From assembly GCA_964409765.1 (NCBI GenBank), contig CAYPEM010000007.1, forward strand, positions 12,033 through 76,032: a DNA stretch of 64,000 nt. Direction: 5' to 3'. Of this stretch, positions 8,651-19,892 are shown piece after piece. The DNA is from an uncultured Chitinophagaceae bacterium. GTDB lineage: Bacteria > Bacteroidota > Ignavibacteria > UBA10030 > UBA8401. A program made the translations under genes and the position numbers. The number at the start of each line of letters is the position of its first letter. Within the stretch, counting starts at the first letter, position 1. The notes under the pieces are model-generated. The model worked only from the letters and a program-made list of their open reading frames with translations. It searched no databases and was not told where the DNA came from.

Positions 8651-10007
8651 ATTGGAAGTAAAGAACAATAAATGCTGAAATCCAACTTGTAAATAGCAAT
8701 AACGATATGATTGAGAATAAAACTATCTTAGGCTTTGTCATTGAATATGTTTTAAATCTCCATAATTCAAATGAATACACAGCCATTGCAATGATCAACG
8801 GCATTATTGGCAAACGAAATCGAGCAACACCAAAGAATATTAAATGACTGAAAACCCAAAACAAAACAATAAGTCGAATATAAAGCAAATATTGTTCCTT
8901 AGTTTCATTTGCGAAAATTAAACCCCATACTCCTGCCAGAATTACAATTACCGACAGAAAATGCAATCCGTATAACAATAAAGGATTGAATTCCCGATAA
9001 ACAAGAACGCTCCTTTGATAGTATTTCCATTCTGGCTTATATTCCATTGATTGCATCAATGAGAAATCTGGTTCAACAAAATGTGCAAATTTTAACATTA
9101 AAAGTTTCACTTCTGTAGCTGGATTATGCAGCAGAAAATTTAATCCTTCTTCGTACCCTACCTTTGAACGATTAAATTCTCCCATAACTTTTTCGAGGGG
9201 ATTATTCTGCAAAGTATATTTGAAAGCCCCGTTTGAAGTTGGATTATGTCCTATCCAAAAGTTGACTCCGCCATTACTTGTAATCGCATATTGATCGAAA
9301 AGTATTTTATTTCTTATCAACCACGGTGTAAGGAAAATAAGAAAACTAATAATAACGAGCATATGTCGTTTCAATGTTCCGTAGATGGACTGAGTACGTA
9401 TTGATTGCCAAATAAAAAAAATTACAATTATAATCATTGCATTTTGTCGTAGCAGAGTCAAAACTGCGAATACTATACCCAAACCAATCTTAGAAATCGC
9501 AGAATGTTCAAAATTTCGCCATGTAGACAACAAAATTGCGGTCAGAAAAAGAGTCGTAAAAAGGACCTCTGTCATTAACAGTGAGACATATAGCGCATTT
9601 CCAGGGAAAAAAGTATATACTGTGACCGCAAGATATCCTGTTGATTTTGAAAAAAAGCGAACACAAATCATAAATAATATTACACATGATAAAGTATCCG
9701 CAAAGGTTTGAATGATCTTAATAGGGAGAATTGTATCACCGAAAATACTGAATAGAAATGCTAAGAAAACCGGATAAAAAGGTGCACGATAAGCCGTTGG
9801 TTCACCCTCAAGACTAAATCCATTGCCATGATAGATAGATTGAGCTATTGCATAGTAATCCTTTTCGTCTTGAAGTAAGGGAGGCTGAAAGAAAATTATG
9901 ACTGCTAATCGAACGAATAATGCACATAGTATTATGAACATTATTGGGGAAAATACACTTTTTACTACTGTTGTCCGATCCATAGGCTTTGAATATAGCA
10001 AAAACAC
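8649..10007 (-). CDS. Polytopic membrane glycosyltransferase, GT39/ArnT-like (family 83/39 type)
   Basis: About 12 predicted hydrophobic segments. N-terminal DEKDYYAIAQSI..G and YRAPFYP resemble PMT/ArnT-type motifs. ATG 9983 is an alternative start. Confidence 0.7.
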   Translation of the reverse strand: MFLLYSKPMDRTTVVKSVFSPIMFIILCALFVRLAVIIFFQPPLLQDEKDYYAIAQSIYHGNGFSLEGEPTAYRAPFYPVFLAFLFSIFGDTILPIKIIQTFADTLSCVILFMICVRFFSKSTGYLAVTVYTFFPGNALYVSLLMTEVLFTTLFLTAILLSTWRNFEHSAISKIGLGIVFAVLTLLRQNAMIIIVIFFIWQSIRTQSIYGTLKRHMLVIISFLIFLTPWLIRNKILFDQYAITSNGGVNFWIGHNPTSNGAFKYTLQNNPLEKVMGEFNRSKVGYEEGLNFLLHNPATEVKLLMLKFAHFVEPDFSLMQSMEYKPEWKYYQRSVLVYREFNPLLLYGLHFLSVIVILAGVWGLIFANETKEQYLLYIRLIVLFWVFSHLIFFGVARFRLPIMPLIIAMAVYSFELWRFKTYSMTKPKIVLFSIISLLLFTSWISAFIVLYFQ

Positions 10008-10059
10008 TCATTGAAATCAGAGGAAAATTGTTGTAATTTAATAATACAAACAAAAACCG

Positions 10060-11445
10060 ATGACAATCTTATTAGAAACGTACAAAAAAGTCTTTAATCT
10101 CCTACATGATTTCGCATTTTTGGTAAATGGTTCTGCTGACATTATTGACGCTAATTCAAAAGTCATTCAACGGGGCTTCACCCATGCAAATCTCATCGAA
10201 TGTTTTTCAGACGAAAGTAAAAATCAGTTCAAAAGATCGTTACAGGATAAACCAGTTACCTTCAGAACTGATTTCTTTTTTTCTCTGAAGGATCATCTGT
10301 TCACTGAAGTAAATATTACGCCATTGAGTGTGGATCAAGAAGCGGTTTTTCTTGTCGTTGTAAAAGATATTACAGTTCAGCACGATAAAGAATTAGAACT
10401 CCTTCGCTTTTCTGAAGTGATTCATCGCACTGTAAACCCTATCCAAATAACCAACCCTGAAGGCAAAATAATTTATGTAAATCCCGCCTATGTGAATATA
10501 AGCGGATATTCCAGAGAAGAATTAATCGGAAAAAATCCAAGTGTGTTAAGCAGCGGTAAACATACAAGCGATTTTTGGAAAAAGGTCTGGGCAAAGATTC
10601 TTACCGGACAGCAATGGGTAGGGCAAATACAAAATAAACGGAAGTCAGGTGAGTTGTTCCATAGCGAACTTGTTATTTCGCCTATCGTTGATGAACAGAA
10701 AAAAGTAATTGGATTTATGGGAGCCCACAGAGATATCACTGAGCAGAAGAATCTAGAACGCCAGGTTGTTCGTTCACAGAAGATGGAAACATTTGGCACC
10801 CTTGCAGCGGGAATTGCTCATGAAGTAGGAAATCCATTGACTTCAATTTCTTCGCTCGTTCAATTAGTCCAACGACAATCCAGTGATGACTTTGTTCAAG
10901 AGAAACTTGAATTGGTAAAAAATCAGATCAATCGAATATCAAAAATTTTACGGGAACTCGTTGATTTTTCCAGACCATCTACTCATGATATCAAAGATGT
11001 CAGCGTCAATTTGATCTTGCGAGAGGCTCTTAACATCGTACAATACGGTAAAAAATCCCGTGCAACAGTATTTGATGTTGCATTGGAAGAGAACCTTCAA
11101 ATGGTTCATGCTGTACCGGACCAACTTCTGCAGGTATATTTGAATATCTTAATGAATGCTGTAGATGCATGCGAAGGAAAGCGAGGACAGATATTTGTTA
11201 CAAGTGCAGCACGGGGGGATTGTGTTGAAGCGGTCTTCAAGGATAATGGTTCGGGAATCTCAGAGAAAAATTTAGGGAAATTATTTGATCCATTCTTTAC
11301 AACTAAAGAAGTCGGCAAAGGTACAGGGCTTGGTCTTTGGGTGAGTTTAGGGATCGTGAGGAATTTTGGAGGAGACATTTTTGTCGAAAGTGAAGAGGGG
11401 AAAAGCACAACGTTTACAGTACGATTACCGGTAAAGGGAGCATAA
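10060..11445 (+). CDS. Cytoplasmic PAS-domain sensor histidine kinase (NtrB/AtoS-like)
   Basis: No transmembrane segment. PAS region, H-box AHEVGNPL, N-box NILMNAVDA, G-boxes DNGSGI and GTGLGL. Confidence 0.9.
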   Translation: MTILLETYKKVFNLLHDFAFLVNGSADIIDANSKVIQRGFTHANLIECFSDESKNQFKRSLQDKPVTFRTDFFFSLKDHLFTEVNITPLSVDQEAVFLVVVKDITVQHDKELELLRFSEVIHRTVNPIQITNPEGKIIYVNPAYVNISGYSREELIGKNPSVLSSGKHTSDFWKKVWAKILTGQQWVGQIQNKRKSGELFHSELVISPIVDEQKKVIGFMGAHRDITEQKNLERQVVRSQKMETFGTLAAGIAHEVGNPLTSISSLVQLVQRQSSDDFVQEKLELVKNQINRISKILRELVDFSRPSTHDIKDVSVNLILREALNIVQYGKKSRATVFDVALEENLQMVHAVPDQLLQVYLNILMNAVDACEGKRGQIFVTSAARGDCVEAVFKDNGSGISEKNLGKLFDPFFTTKEVGKGTGLGLWVSLGIVRNFGGDIFVESEEGKSTTFTVRLPVKGA

Positions 11446-12807
11446 ATGAAAAAAAAGATCTTGGTAGTTGATGATGAAGAGATTATTCGTGATTCGATTA
11501 GTTTTGTACTTGAAAAAGAAGGATATACCGTTCGAAAAGCAGAGAATGGCGCTGTTGCGTTAAAGATCTTGAATGAAGGATCGTTCGATCTGGTTATTAC
11601 TGATATTGAAATGCCGGAACTCCGCGGACCGGAATTATTGGAGAGGATTTCGGAACGATTTCCTCAGACCTTCGTCATTATCATCACGGCATATGCTTCA
11701 GTTGAAACCGCAATTGCGGCCATCCGAAAAGGTGCATACGATTATCTCCTAAAGCCGATCGAATTTGATGATCTTATTTTCCGTATAAAAAAATTATTTG
11801 ATTACAAAGAACTCGTCCTTGAAAATACACTTCTCCGACAAGAAGTGAACCGAAAATTCGATTTTTCATCCATCATAGGTCAAAGTGAAGCGATGAAAAA
11901 GATATTTGCAGACATTCAAAAAGTTGCGCCTACCGAAGGAACTGTGTTAATCACCGGAAAGAGCGGAACGGGGAAAGAACTCGTTGCTCGGGCAATACAT
12001 ACCCACAGCAGAAGAAGTAATAAACGGTTTATAGCGATCAACTGCGGAGCAATAGTAGAAACATTGTTCGAAAGCGAATTATTTGGACATAAAAAGGGTT
12101 CATTTACTGGTGCAACCAATGATAAAGACGGAGTTTTAAAAGCAGCGGAAGGAGGTACATTATTATTGGATGAAATTAGTGAAATGCCTCTTCAGCTACA
12201 GCCAAAATTATTGCGCGCGTTGGAACAACGAGAAATTACTCCTGTCGGCAGTAATGATGTGATTAATGTTAATGTACGGATAGTAGCAGCAACCAATAGA
12301 AATCTTAAAGATGAAATTGCAAAAGGAAAATTTCGTGAAGATCTGTTCTATCGTTTAAATGTTGTCGAAATCCATCTTCCGGAATTAAGTGAACGGTCTG
12401 AAGATATTCCATTGTTGGTAAATTCATTTATCACTAAATTCCGTGGTGAAATGGGAAAAGCGATCAAAGGGATATCTAATCAGGCCATGAGTGCGTTAGT
12501 CAATCACCAATGGAAAGGCCAGATCCGAGAGCTGCAAAATATCGTAGAACGCGCGATGATCTTTTGTGAAGCCGAAATGATTGATGTTCAGCATCTTCCC
12601 GAAGAATTACAAGCAAGTGCTCAGCTTTCTGTTATAGACTATTCTTCTCAATCTTTAAAAGATGCTGTTCATATGTTTGAACGTCGTTATATAGAACAAA
12701 AATTGAAACACCACAATGGAGATAAGGATAGAGTTGCAAAAGATCTGGGACTTAGTCTCTCAACATTGTATCGCAAATTTGAGGAACTTGGTATTCCTCT
12801 TAAATGA
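11446..12807 (+). CDS. Sigma-54-dependent response regulator (NtrC family)
   Basis: REC domain (VVDDEE .. ITDIEMP), AAA+ domain (GKSGTGKE, GSFTGA loop, LLLDEI), C-terminal Fis-type HTH. Directly abuts the kinase gene. Confidence 0.9.
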   Translation: MKKKILVVDDEEIIRDSISFVLEKEGYTVRKAENGAVALKILNEGSFDLVITDIEMPELRGPELLERISERFPQTFVIIITAYASVETAIAAIRKGAYDYLLKPIEFDDLIFRIKKLFDYKELVLENTLLRQEVNRKFDFSSIIGQSEAMKKIFADIQKVAPTEGTVLITGKSGTGKELVARAIHTHSRRSNKRFIAINCGAIVETLFESELFGHKKGSFTGATNDKDGVLKAAEGGTLLLDEISEMPLQLQPKLLRALEQREITPVGSNDVINVNVRIVAATNRNLKDEIAKGKFREDLFYRLNVVEIHLPELSERSEDIPLLVNSFITKFRGEMGKAIKGISNQAMSALVNHQWKGQIRELQNIVERAMIFCEAEMIDVQHLPEELQASAQLSVIDYSSQSLKDAVHMFERRYIEQKLKHHNGDKDRVAKDLGLSLSTLYRKFEELGIPLK

Positions 12808-12903
12808 TTGTCATTCGTTTTTCCCTGAGTATTTTGACTGGTGTAAACAAAAAAGTAAAATTAAACTAGAAATATTTAATCACCCGCACTTTAAGAGGTT
12901 ATA

Positions 12904-14742
12904 ATGGAAATTCCAAACTTTGTAAAAAATGAACGACTAAAACAATGGGTAAAAGAAATTGCCGCACTCACTAAACCAGATACAGTTTATTGGTGCGATG
13001 GCACTGAAAAAGAATATAATGAAATGTGTGATTTGATGGTAAAGAGCGGAACTTTCAAGAAACTCAATCCTGAAAAACGACCGAACAGTTATCTTGCTCT
13101 TTCCGACCCGTCAGATGTGGCAAGAGTTGAGGATCGAACGTTTATTTGCAGTAAACGTCGGTTGGATGCAGGCCCTACAAACAATTGGGTCGATCCAAAG
13201 GAAATGAAAAGAACACTGAATAAATTATTTGATGGATGCATGAGGGGCAGGACAATGTATATCATTCCATTCAGTATGGGACCACTAGGTTCAAAGATCG
13301 CTCATATTGGTGTTGAGATTTCGGATTCACCATATGTCGTTACAAACATGCGGATAATGACCAGAATGGGAAAAAAGGTTTATGATGTTCTTGGTGAACA
13401 CGGAGAATTTGTTCCGTGTGTACATTCAGTTGGTATGCCCTTAAGCGAAGGACAAAAAGATGTAGCCTGGCCATGCAATAAAGAACAAAAATATATAGTT
13501 CATTTCCCTGAAGAAAGAAGTATTTGGTCGTATGGAAGCGGATATGGAGGAAACGCGTTGCTTGGAAAGAAATGTTTTGCATTAAGGATTGCATCAGCTA
13601 TGGCGCGTGATGAAGGTTGGCTTGCAGAACATATGCTGATCCTGGGAGTGGAAAGTCCTGGAGGACAGAAAACATATGTTGCCGCTGCTTTTCCAAGTGC
13701 TTGTGGAAAAACAAACTTTGCTATGTTAATCCCGCCAAAATCTTTTTCAGGATGGAAAGTGACAACTGTTGGAGATGATATTGCCTGGATCAAACCAGGA
13801 CATGATGGACGACTTTATGCAATCAATCCTGAAGCAGGATATTTTGGTGTTGCTCCAGGTACTTCAGAGAAGACGAACCAGAATGCAATGGCTGCGATAA
13901 CGAAGAACACAATCTTCACTAATGTTGCATTAACCGGCGACGGAGACGTATGGTGGGAAGGGATGACGAAAACTCCTCCGGAGAAAGTAACTGATTGGCA
14001 GGGAAACCCTTGGACCCCTCATTCCGGTAAAAAAGCAGCACATCCAAATGCACGGTTTACTGCTCCGGCAAATCAATGTCCTTCAATTGATAAGGATTGG
14101 GAAAATCCGGAAGGTGTTCCAATTAGTGCATTTATTTTTGGAGGAAGACGGAGTACGACCATCCCATTGATCACACAGGCGATTAATTGGAATTTTGGTG
14201 TCTATATGGCTGCGACAATGGGTTCAGAGACTACTGCAGCCGCCGCAGGCGCAATTGGTGAGGTTCGACGTGATCCGTTTGCAATGCTGCCATTCTGTGG
14301 ATACCATATGGCCGATTATTTCAATCATTGGTTACAAATTGGTCGTGAAGTATACAATCCGCCGCGAATTTTTAATGTTAACTGGTTTAGAAAAGATGCT
14401 GAAGGAAATTTTCTCTGGCCTGGTTTTGGTGATAATATGCGTGTGCTCAAATGGGTAGTTGAAAGAGTTCATGGTCAAACATTTGCCATCGAAAGTCCAA
14501 TAGGTTGGATGCCGCGGTACGAAGATATGGATTTTACCGGATGGCATGATATTTCGCAAGAACAATTCTATGAATTAATGGCTGTTGATAAAGAATTATG
14601 GAAAAAAGAGATCCTATCGCACGAAGAACTTTTTATAAAACTGTACGACAGATTACCGAAAGAGTTTATGTTAATGCGAGATATGTTATTATCTCAACTC
14701 TGGCGATCACCGGAAAAATGGGAAATGGCTCCTGAAGTTTAG
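12904..14742 (+). CDS. pckG: Phosphoenolpyruvate carboxykinase (GTP)
   Basis: 612 aa; kinase-1a FPSACGKTN and [11 protein letters not shown] motifs. Confidence 0.95.
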   Translation: MEIPNFVKNERLKQWVKEIAALTKPDTVYWCDGTEKEYNEMCDLMVKSGTFKKLNPEKRPNSYLALSDPSDVARVEDRTFICSKRRLDAGPTNNWVDPKEMKRTLNKLFDGCMRGRTMYIIPFSMGPLGSKIAHIGVEISDSPYVVTNMRIMTRMGKKVYDVLGEHGEFVPCVHSVGMPLSEGQKDVAWPCNKEQKYIVHFPEERSIWSYGSGYGGNALLGKKCFALRIASAMARDEGWLAEHMLILGVESPGGQKTYVAAAFPSACGKTNFAMLIPPKSFSGWKVTTVGDDIAWIKPGHDGRLYAINPEAGYFGVAPGTSEKTNQNAMAAITKNTIFTNVALTGDGDVWWEGMTKTPPEKVTDWQGNPWTPHSGKKAAHPNARFTAPANQCPSIDKDWENPEGVPISAFIFGGRRSTTIPLITQAINWNFGVYMAATMGSETTAAAAGAIGEVRRDPFAMLPFCGYHMADYFNHWLQIGREVYNPPRIFNVNWFRKDAEGNFLWPGFGDNMRVLKWVVERVHGQTFAIESPIGWMPRYEDMDFTGWHDISQEQFYELMAVDKELWKKEILSHEELFIKLYDRLPKEFMLMRDMLLSQLWRSPEKWEMAPEV

Positions 14743-14754
14743 TCTTTCCAACAA

Positions 14755-14781
14755 TAAAAATCCCGCTTCGGCGGGATTTTT
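14755..14781 (+). terminator. Rho-independent terminator of pckG
   Basis: ATCCCGC-TTCG-GCGGGAT followed by TTTTT. Confidence 0.85.
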
Positions 14782-14880
14782 CATTTCTCCCATGAATAAG
14801 AAACAATGTTCAGATTTCCCACCTTTGAAATAATTATCTTCTGAATCTGCTGAAAACTTCAATATTTTGGCTATTTCATA

Positions 14881-14896
14881 CGGTACACTCTTTGCT
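14881..14896 (+). promoter_or_regulatory. Candidate sigma-54 (-24/-12) promoter
   Basis: CGGTACACTCTTTGCT has GG-N10-GC spacing and a TTGCT -12 element, compared with consensus TGGCAC-N5-TTGCW. Confidence 0.4.
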
Positions 14897-15054
14897 TTTT
14901 AATGTTCCCAAACCAGAGGGGTACGTCAGTTTAAACCGCATATTCTTATTTCATATTGCTGTAAGATTAACTGCGGCTTCTTTTGTTAAATCACACTTAA
15001 ATTTCCAGACATTGTCATTACGTTAAAGACTCATAGTTTAAGAACGAATATTGT

Positions 15055-15369
15055 ATGGATTACATATACTTTAAAGAGAAATGGAAAGGATTTGTTACAG
15101 TAATGTCACCAGTTATTTATTCAGAAAAATCAGCTTCATTGCAAAGAGAATTTGGAAGATTTTTTATCGATCAACGTTGTGCCGGGTGCAAAAATTGTTT
15201 TTCGCTTGCTCCTGCAAATATTAGTTTTCAGTCAGTTGTAAACCGGTGTTCTGTTCTTCATCAACCATTAAGTGATGAAGAATTAACTTTATTGAAGAAA
15301 GCATATTCACAATGCCCGTACAAGGCATTTCACGATAAAGCTGATTTTATTGAAGAAGGAATGGATTAA
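15055..15369 (+). CDS. Small single-cluster ferredoxin-like protein
   Basis: CAGCKNC ... QCP gives a CxxCxxC..CP pattern. Alternative start at ATG 15103. Confidence 0.55.
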   Translation: MDYIYFKEKWKGFVTVMSPVIYSEKSASLQREFGRFFIDQRCAGCKNCFSLAPANISFQSVVNRCSVLHQPLSDEELTLLKKAYSQCPYKAFHDKADFIEEGMD

Positions 15370-15372
15370 CTA

Positions 15373-16743
15373 ATGTTTTCATCAATTGAAGCTGAGCAGC
15401 AACGTTCAACGGCATCTCACCACTCAGTAAATTCCGTCAGAACGGCAAAGATTAGTATCGAAGATGCTGCCCGGGTGATTCATTCCGGTGATAATGTTTA
15501 TGTAAGTGGAAATGCTGCTTCACCTAAAACATTCTTAACACATCTTGCAAAACGAAAGAATGAATTGACGGATGTATCGGTCTACCATTTATTATTAATG
15601 GGTGACGATCCATTTGGTGAAGATACAGATCGCAGACAAATTCGACATGTTTCTTTTTTTGTTGGAGGAGCTGATAGGAAAGCTATACAACAACACACAG
15701 CTGATTATATTCCTGTATTTTTAAGTGAAATCCCAGATCTTTTCTATCGGGATATTATTCCACTTGATGTTGTTTATGTTATGGTTTCACCTCCTAATGA
15801 AGATGGATACGTAAGTCTTGGAGTTGAATGTGCCGCTTCTAAAGCTGCGATAGAAAAAGGAAAGGTAGTTATTGCTCAAATAAACCAAGAGATGCCTTTT
15901 ACCTATGGTGAAACATTGGTACCTATCTCTAAACTCCATTATATCGTTGAACACGCTGAAGCATTGTGTCAACTAGAAAAACCGGCAGATGGCGACATTG
16001 AGAGGAAGATAGCTCGAATAATTTCTCCATTAATTGAAGATGAGTCCACCTTGCAACTGGGAATTGGCGGAATTCCAAATGCAATTATGAGTGCATTAGA
16101 AGGGAAAAAGAATCTAGGTGTTCACACTGAAATGTTTTCAGATGGACTGATGGAAATGATTCTTAAAGGGGTGATCACCAATAAAAAGAAGACCGTTCAT
16201 CCCGGAGTCTCTATTGCAACCTTTATCCTTGGCTCTAAAGAATTATATGAGTTTGTCAATAACAACAAAGAGATAAAACTTCTACCGACTGACGGTACAA
16301 ACAATCCATTTTTGATCTCACAAAATGATAAAATGGTCTCGATCAATTCTGCAATCGAAATTGATCTCAGTGGTCAGGTTTGCTCGGATTCGATTGGTAC
16401 ACAAATTTACAGCGGATTTGGCGGACAATTGGATTTCGTCCGTGGGGCGACTGCATCAAAAGGTGGGAAGGCAATTATTGCATTACCATCGATGACGAAA
16501 AATGGCAAATATTCCAGAATAGTTCCAACATTAAAGCAAGGTGCGGGAGTTGTAACGACGAGAGCTGATATTGATTATATAGCCACTGAGTACGGAATTG
16601 CTTCCCTGCGAGGGAAAACTCTTCGACAAAGGGCTGATGCATTGATTGCAATTGCTCATCCGGACAAACGACATGAACTCGAAGAATGGTTTCGGGTTTC
16701 ACAACAATCGCAACATTCAAAACAGGCAAAGGAAGGAATGTAA
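15373..16743 (+). CDS. Acetyl-CoA hydrolase/transferase family (4-hydroxybutyrate CoA-transferase-like)
   Basis: LQLGIGGIPNA, TEMFSDG and GFGGQLDF motifs; ~456 aa. Confidence 0.85.
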   Translation: MFSSIEAEQQRSTASHHSVNSVRTAKISIEDAARVIHSGDNVYVSGNAASPKTFLTHLAKRKNELTDVSVYHLLLMGDDPFGEDTDRRQIRHVSFFVGGADRKAIQQHTADYIPVFLSEIPDLFYRDIIPLDVVYVMVSPPNEDGYVSLGVECAASKAAIEKGKVVIAQINQEMPFTYGETLVPISKLHYIVEHAEALCQLEKPADGDIERKIARIISPLIEDESTLQLGIGGIPNAIMSALEGKKNLGVHTEMFSDGLMEMILKGVITNKKKTVHPGVSIATFILGSKELYEFVNNNKEIKLLPTDGTNNPFLISQNDKMVSINSAIEIDLSGQVCSDSIGTQIYSGFGGQLDFVRGATASKGGKAIIALPSMTKNGKYSRIVPTLKQGAGVVTTRADIDYIATEYGIASLRGKTLRQRADALIAIAHPDKRHELEEWFRVSQQSQHSKQAKEGM

Positions 16744-16973
16744 TGCCATTAGTTGAAAAAAAACTTACGGTGTTGATTGAAGAGCAGAAAGCCATCGAAG
16801 GTCTGTCCTATGAAGTGGAAAAGGTTCTTCATTATTATGAAGAACATCCTCAATATCCTTTAGATTATAAAAAACTCCGTGAACGAATTCAGGAAGTGAA
16901 TAAGCGATTATCAAATCTCCGGGAAGAAATGCAATATCTCGATGTTCAACAAAAGAAAGCGCTTTCTAAATAG
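16743..16973 (+). CDS. Hypothetical 76-aa coiled-coil protein
   Basis: TAATG overlap with the CoA-transferase stop. Charged heptad-like sequence. Start moved to ATG 16743. Confidence 0.45.
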   Translation: MPLVEKKLTVLIEEQKAIEGLSYEVEKVLHYYEEHPQYPLDYKKLRERIQEVNKRLSNLREEMQYLDVQQKKALSK

Positions 16974-16979
16974 AGGGTT

Positions 16980-17480
16980 ATGATAGAGATTAAAAAGATT
17001 CTTGTGACAACTGATTTATCAACTGCCTCACATTCTGCAATTGAATATGCTGCTTGGCTGTCCGGAAAAGAAAATGCATCCGTCACATTATTCTACAGTG
17101 TAGATAATCTTCCGACCGTTGCCTACCATACTGTTGATCTTACGTTTGATAAATTTAGAAGTGAAATTCTCCGGAATGAAAAGCAACGGTTACAGGAATA
17201 TGTTAAAAAAATTGAAGGCTTATTTCCCAATGCACTGAATACTGTTATCACAGAAGGAAATGCTGCGCAGTCGATCGTGCTTCATGCAAAGAAAGAAAAA
17301 TCGGATATAATTATCATGAGTACCCACGGTCGAACCGGTATCCAACACATACTTCTTGGAAGTGTTGCAGAACGTGTAGTGCGAACTGCTGAATGTCCTG
17401 TCTTAACGGTGAAATCTAAATTTCATATCAAATCATCTAGCATTAAAAATCTCAAGAAAAAAAATCCCTCTAAAAAATGA
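16980..17480 (+). CDS. Universal stress protein (UspA family)
   Basis: KKILVTTDLS, IIMSTHGRTG, LLGSVAERVVR and CPVLTV motifs. Confidence 0.85.
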   Translation: MIEIKKILVTTDLSTASHSAIEYAAWLSGKENASVTLFYSVDNLPTVAYHTVDLTFDKFRSEILRNEKQRLQEYVKKIEGLFPNALNTVITEGNAAQSIVLHAKKEKSDIIIMSTHGRTGIQHILLGSVAERVVRTAECPVLTVKSKFHIKSSSIKNLKKKNPSKK

Positions 17481-17832
17481 TATAAACACAAACTTCAGCA
17501 GAACTCGAATTAAAATATTTCAACCATTAAAGATTTTTATGGTAATTCTGAGAGTTCTATGAAATTTGCCCTTACGATTACACAAACGGTATTTAAAGTC
17601 TTAATTAAGTAATCTTCCATTTTTTTTAAAAAATCCTACCTTTTTGGTTAGATAATATTTCAAATTGACTAGAAATAACTCTAATATTAACTTAGTCTAT
17701 TGAAATTGCCAAAACATTCAATATTTACTCAAATTTTCATTTTGATTTAGTCTTGTAATACTTCTATTCATTTTATTGAAGTTTATTGTTTTTAGTGAGA
17801 TAATGATTTATATTTCTACTTATTCTTGAACT

Positions 17833-18531
17833 ATGGTTGCTGAAAACATTCAAAATATTAGGAAAAACATAGAAAAAACCTGTTTAAGTGTTGGTAGGGA
17901 TTTCTCAGATGTTAAATTAATCGCAGTTAGTAAGACTTTTACAGAGGAAATGGTTGCGGAAGCATTTAACTCAGGAACAACTGATTTTGGTGAAAATTAC
18001 GTTCAGGAATTGATTGATAAAAGAGACAAATTGCTCAAAAAGGAAATTCGCTGGCATTTTATTGGACATTTGCAGTCAAACAAAGTTAAGTACATTGCTG
18101 ATTGGATATATCTGATACATTCAGTTGATAGTGAGAGTTTGGCTTGTGAAATTCAGAAACGGGCTGAGAAAACAAATAGAATAATTGATATACTTGTTGA
18201 AGTGAATACCTCTGAAGAAGCGACAAAATTTGGAGTAAAACCAATAAATGCAATTGAACTATTAAAGAACATAGGTCAATTTCAAAATATCAATCTAAAA
18301 GGATTGATGACTATTGGTCCATTTACAAAAGATAAGAAAGCTTCTCGTGAATCGTTTCGATTATTGAAATCAATATTTGATGAAGCAAATAGAACAATAT
18401 TGGCAACGAAACCGATGATCGAACTTTCGATGGGAATGACCCACGATTATGAAGTCGCTATTGCTGAAGGTTCAACGATGGTGAGAATTGGGACTGCTAT
18501 ATTTGGTTCGCGAACTATCAACATCAATTAA
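17833..18531 (+). CDS. yggS: YggS/YlmE-family PLP-binding protein
   Basis: VKLIAVSKT (PLP lysine), HFIGHLQSNK, SMGMTHDY. Confidence 0.9.
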   Translation: MVAENIQNIRKNIEKTCLSVGRDFSDVKLIAVSKTFTEEMVAEAFNSGTTDFGENYVQELIDKRDKLLKKEIRWHFIGHLQSNKVKYIADWIYLIHSVDSESLACEIQKRAEKTNRIIDILVEVNTSEEATKFGVKPINAIELLKNIGQFQNINLKGLMTIGPFTKDKKASRESFRLLKSIFDEANRTILATKPMIELSMGMTHDYEVAIAEGSTMVRIGTAIFGSRTININ

Positions 18532-18543
18532 TTAGGAGGATCC

Positions 18544-19071
18544 ATGAAACTTACTCCACTTGATATAAAAAAACAAGAATTCAAAAAGGTACTTCGAGGG
18601 TTTGACACTGTGGAAGTAGATGCTTTTTTGGATACACTTTCGGCAGAATTTGCCGATCTGCAGAAACAGATCAAAGAGATGAGGGAACAGGCCATTGAAA
18701 GTGAAGTACAGCTTCGTGATTTCAAACAAAAAGAGCGCGATTTACAGCAGGTATTGATGCAGGCACAGGAAAATAGTTCGCGTACAATTGAAAACGCACG
18801 GAAAGAAGGGGAATTGATCATTCAGGAATCAGAGTTGAAAGCAAGCCAGATTCTCGATCATGCACGAATGGAAATCATGCGGGCAAAAGAAGAAGTAACG
18901 AACCTACGAGCAAAAAAGGAAGCACTTATCAGCAGACTGAAAGTTCTATTAAACTCCGAGGTTGAATTGATCAAAGCACTTGAAGCTGATGAAGAAATGA
19001 CCAGACGAGATCAAAGCCAGGGAACCGGCAGAGAACAATTTCAAATTGATGATGTCTTAAAACGATTATAA
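18544..19071 (+). CDS. divIVA: DivIVA-domain protein
   Basis: Canonical N-terminus [30 protein letters not shown] followed by coiled coil. Confidence 0.85.
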   Translation: MKLTPLDIKKQEFKKVLRGFDTVEVDAFLDTLSAEFADLQKQIKEMREQAIESEVQLRDFKQKERDLQQVLMQAQENSSRTIENARKEGELIIQESELKASQILDHARMEIMRAKEEVTNLRAKKEALISRLKVLLNSEVELIKALEADEEMTRRDQSQGTGREQFQIDDVLKRL

Positions 19072-19892
19072 TGTCAACATTACGAGTTCAAATACAAGAT
19101 ACTTTAAAATTTCTTCGCACTAAAAATCAATCCAACCCAACAGTAGGCATTATTCTTGGGACAGGACTAGGTGGTTTAGTTAAAGAGATTAAGATTGAAA
19201 CAATCATTGATTATTCAGATATACCCCATTTTCCGGTTTCTACGGTAGAATCACATAAGGGAAAGTTGATCTTTGGAACTCTTGGGGGAAAAAATATCGT
19301 AGCGATGCAGGGACGTTTTCATTACTATGAAGGCTACACGATGCAGCAAGTTACATTTCCTGTTCGTGTAATGAAATTTCTTGGAGTGAAAACTTTGCTG
19401 ATATCAAATGCAGCCGGAGGAATGAATCCTTTGTTTTCCAAAGGGGACATCATGCTCATTGCAGATCATATCAATTTGCTTGGAGATAATCCATTAATTG
19501 GGCATAATGACGATGAATTAGGTCCTCGATTTCCAGATATGTCGGAACCATATTCAAAAGAGCTGATTACATTAGCAGAAAAGACTGCTCTCGATTTGAA
19601 GTTACGTTTACAAAAAGGGGTATTTGTAGCAGTTTCAGGTCCAAATTTAGAAACGCGCGCAGAATACCGTTTCCTACGTAGCATTGGAGCAGATGTTGTG
19701 GGAATGTCAACCGTTCCTGAAGTGATTGTTGCTGTTCATCAGTCAATGCAGGTTTTAGGATTCTCAATTATGACTGACGAATGTTTCCCCGATGCATTAA
19801 AACCAGTTTCATTGCAAGAAGTGATTGCAGTAGCAAATGAAGCAGAGCCAAAATTAACCGCAATTATGAAAGAAGTGGTAGCGAGATTATAG
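19071..19892 (+). CDS. punA: Purine nucleoside phosphorylase (trimeric PunA type)
   Basis: [17 protein letters not shown] and VGMSTVPEV motifs; TAATG overlap with divIVA. Confidence 0.9.
   Translation: MSTLRVQIQDTLKFLRTKNQSNPTVGIILGTGLGGLVKEIKIETIIDYSDIPHFPVSTVESHKGKLIFGTLGGKNIVAMQGRFHYYEGYTMQQVTFPVRVMKFLGVKTLLISNAAGGMNPLFSKGDIMLIADHINLLGDNPLIGHNDDELGPRFPDMSEPYSKELITLAEKTALDLKLRLQKGVFVAVSGPNLETRAEYRFLRSIGADVVGMSTVPEVIVAVHQSMQVLGFSIMTDECFPDALKPVSLQEVIAVANEAEPKLTAIMKEVVARL

Noticed and set aside
12716-12904. 62-aa ORF bridging the NtrC-type gene and pckG
   Set aside because: It overlaps the regulator's HTH-coding end, and has no ribosome-binding site or motif.
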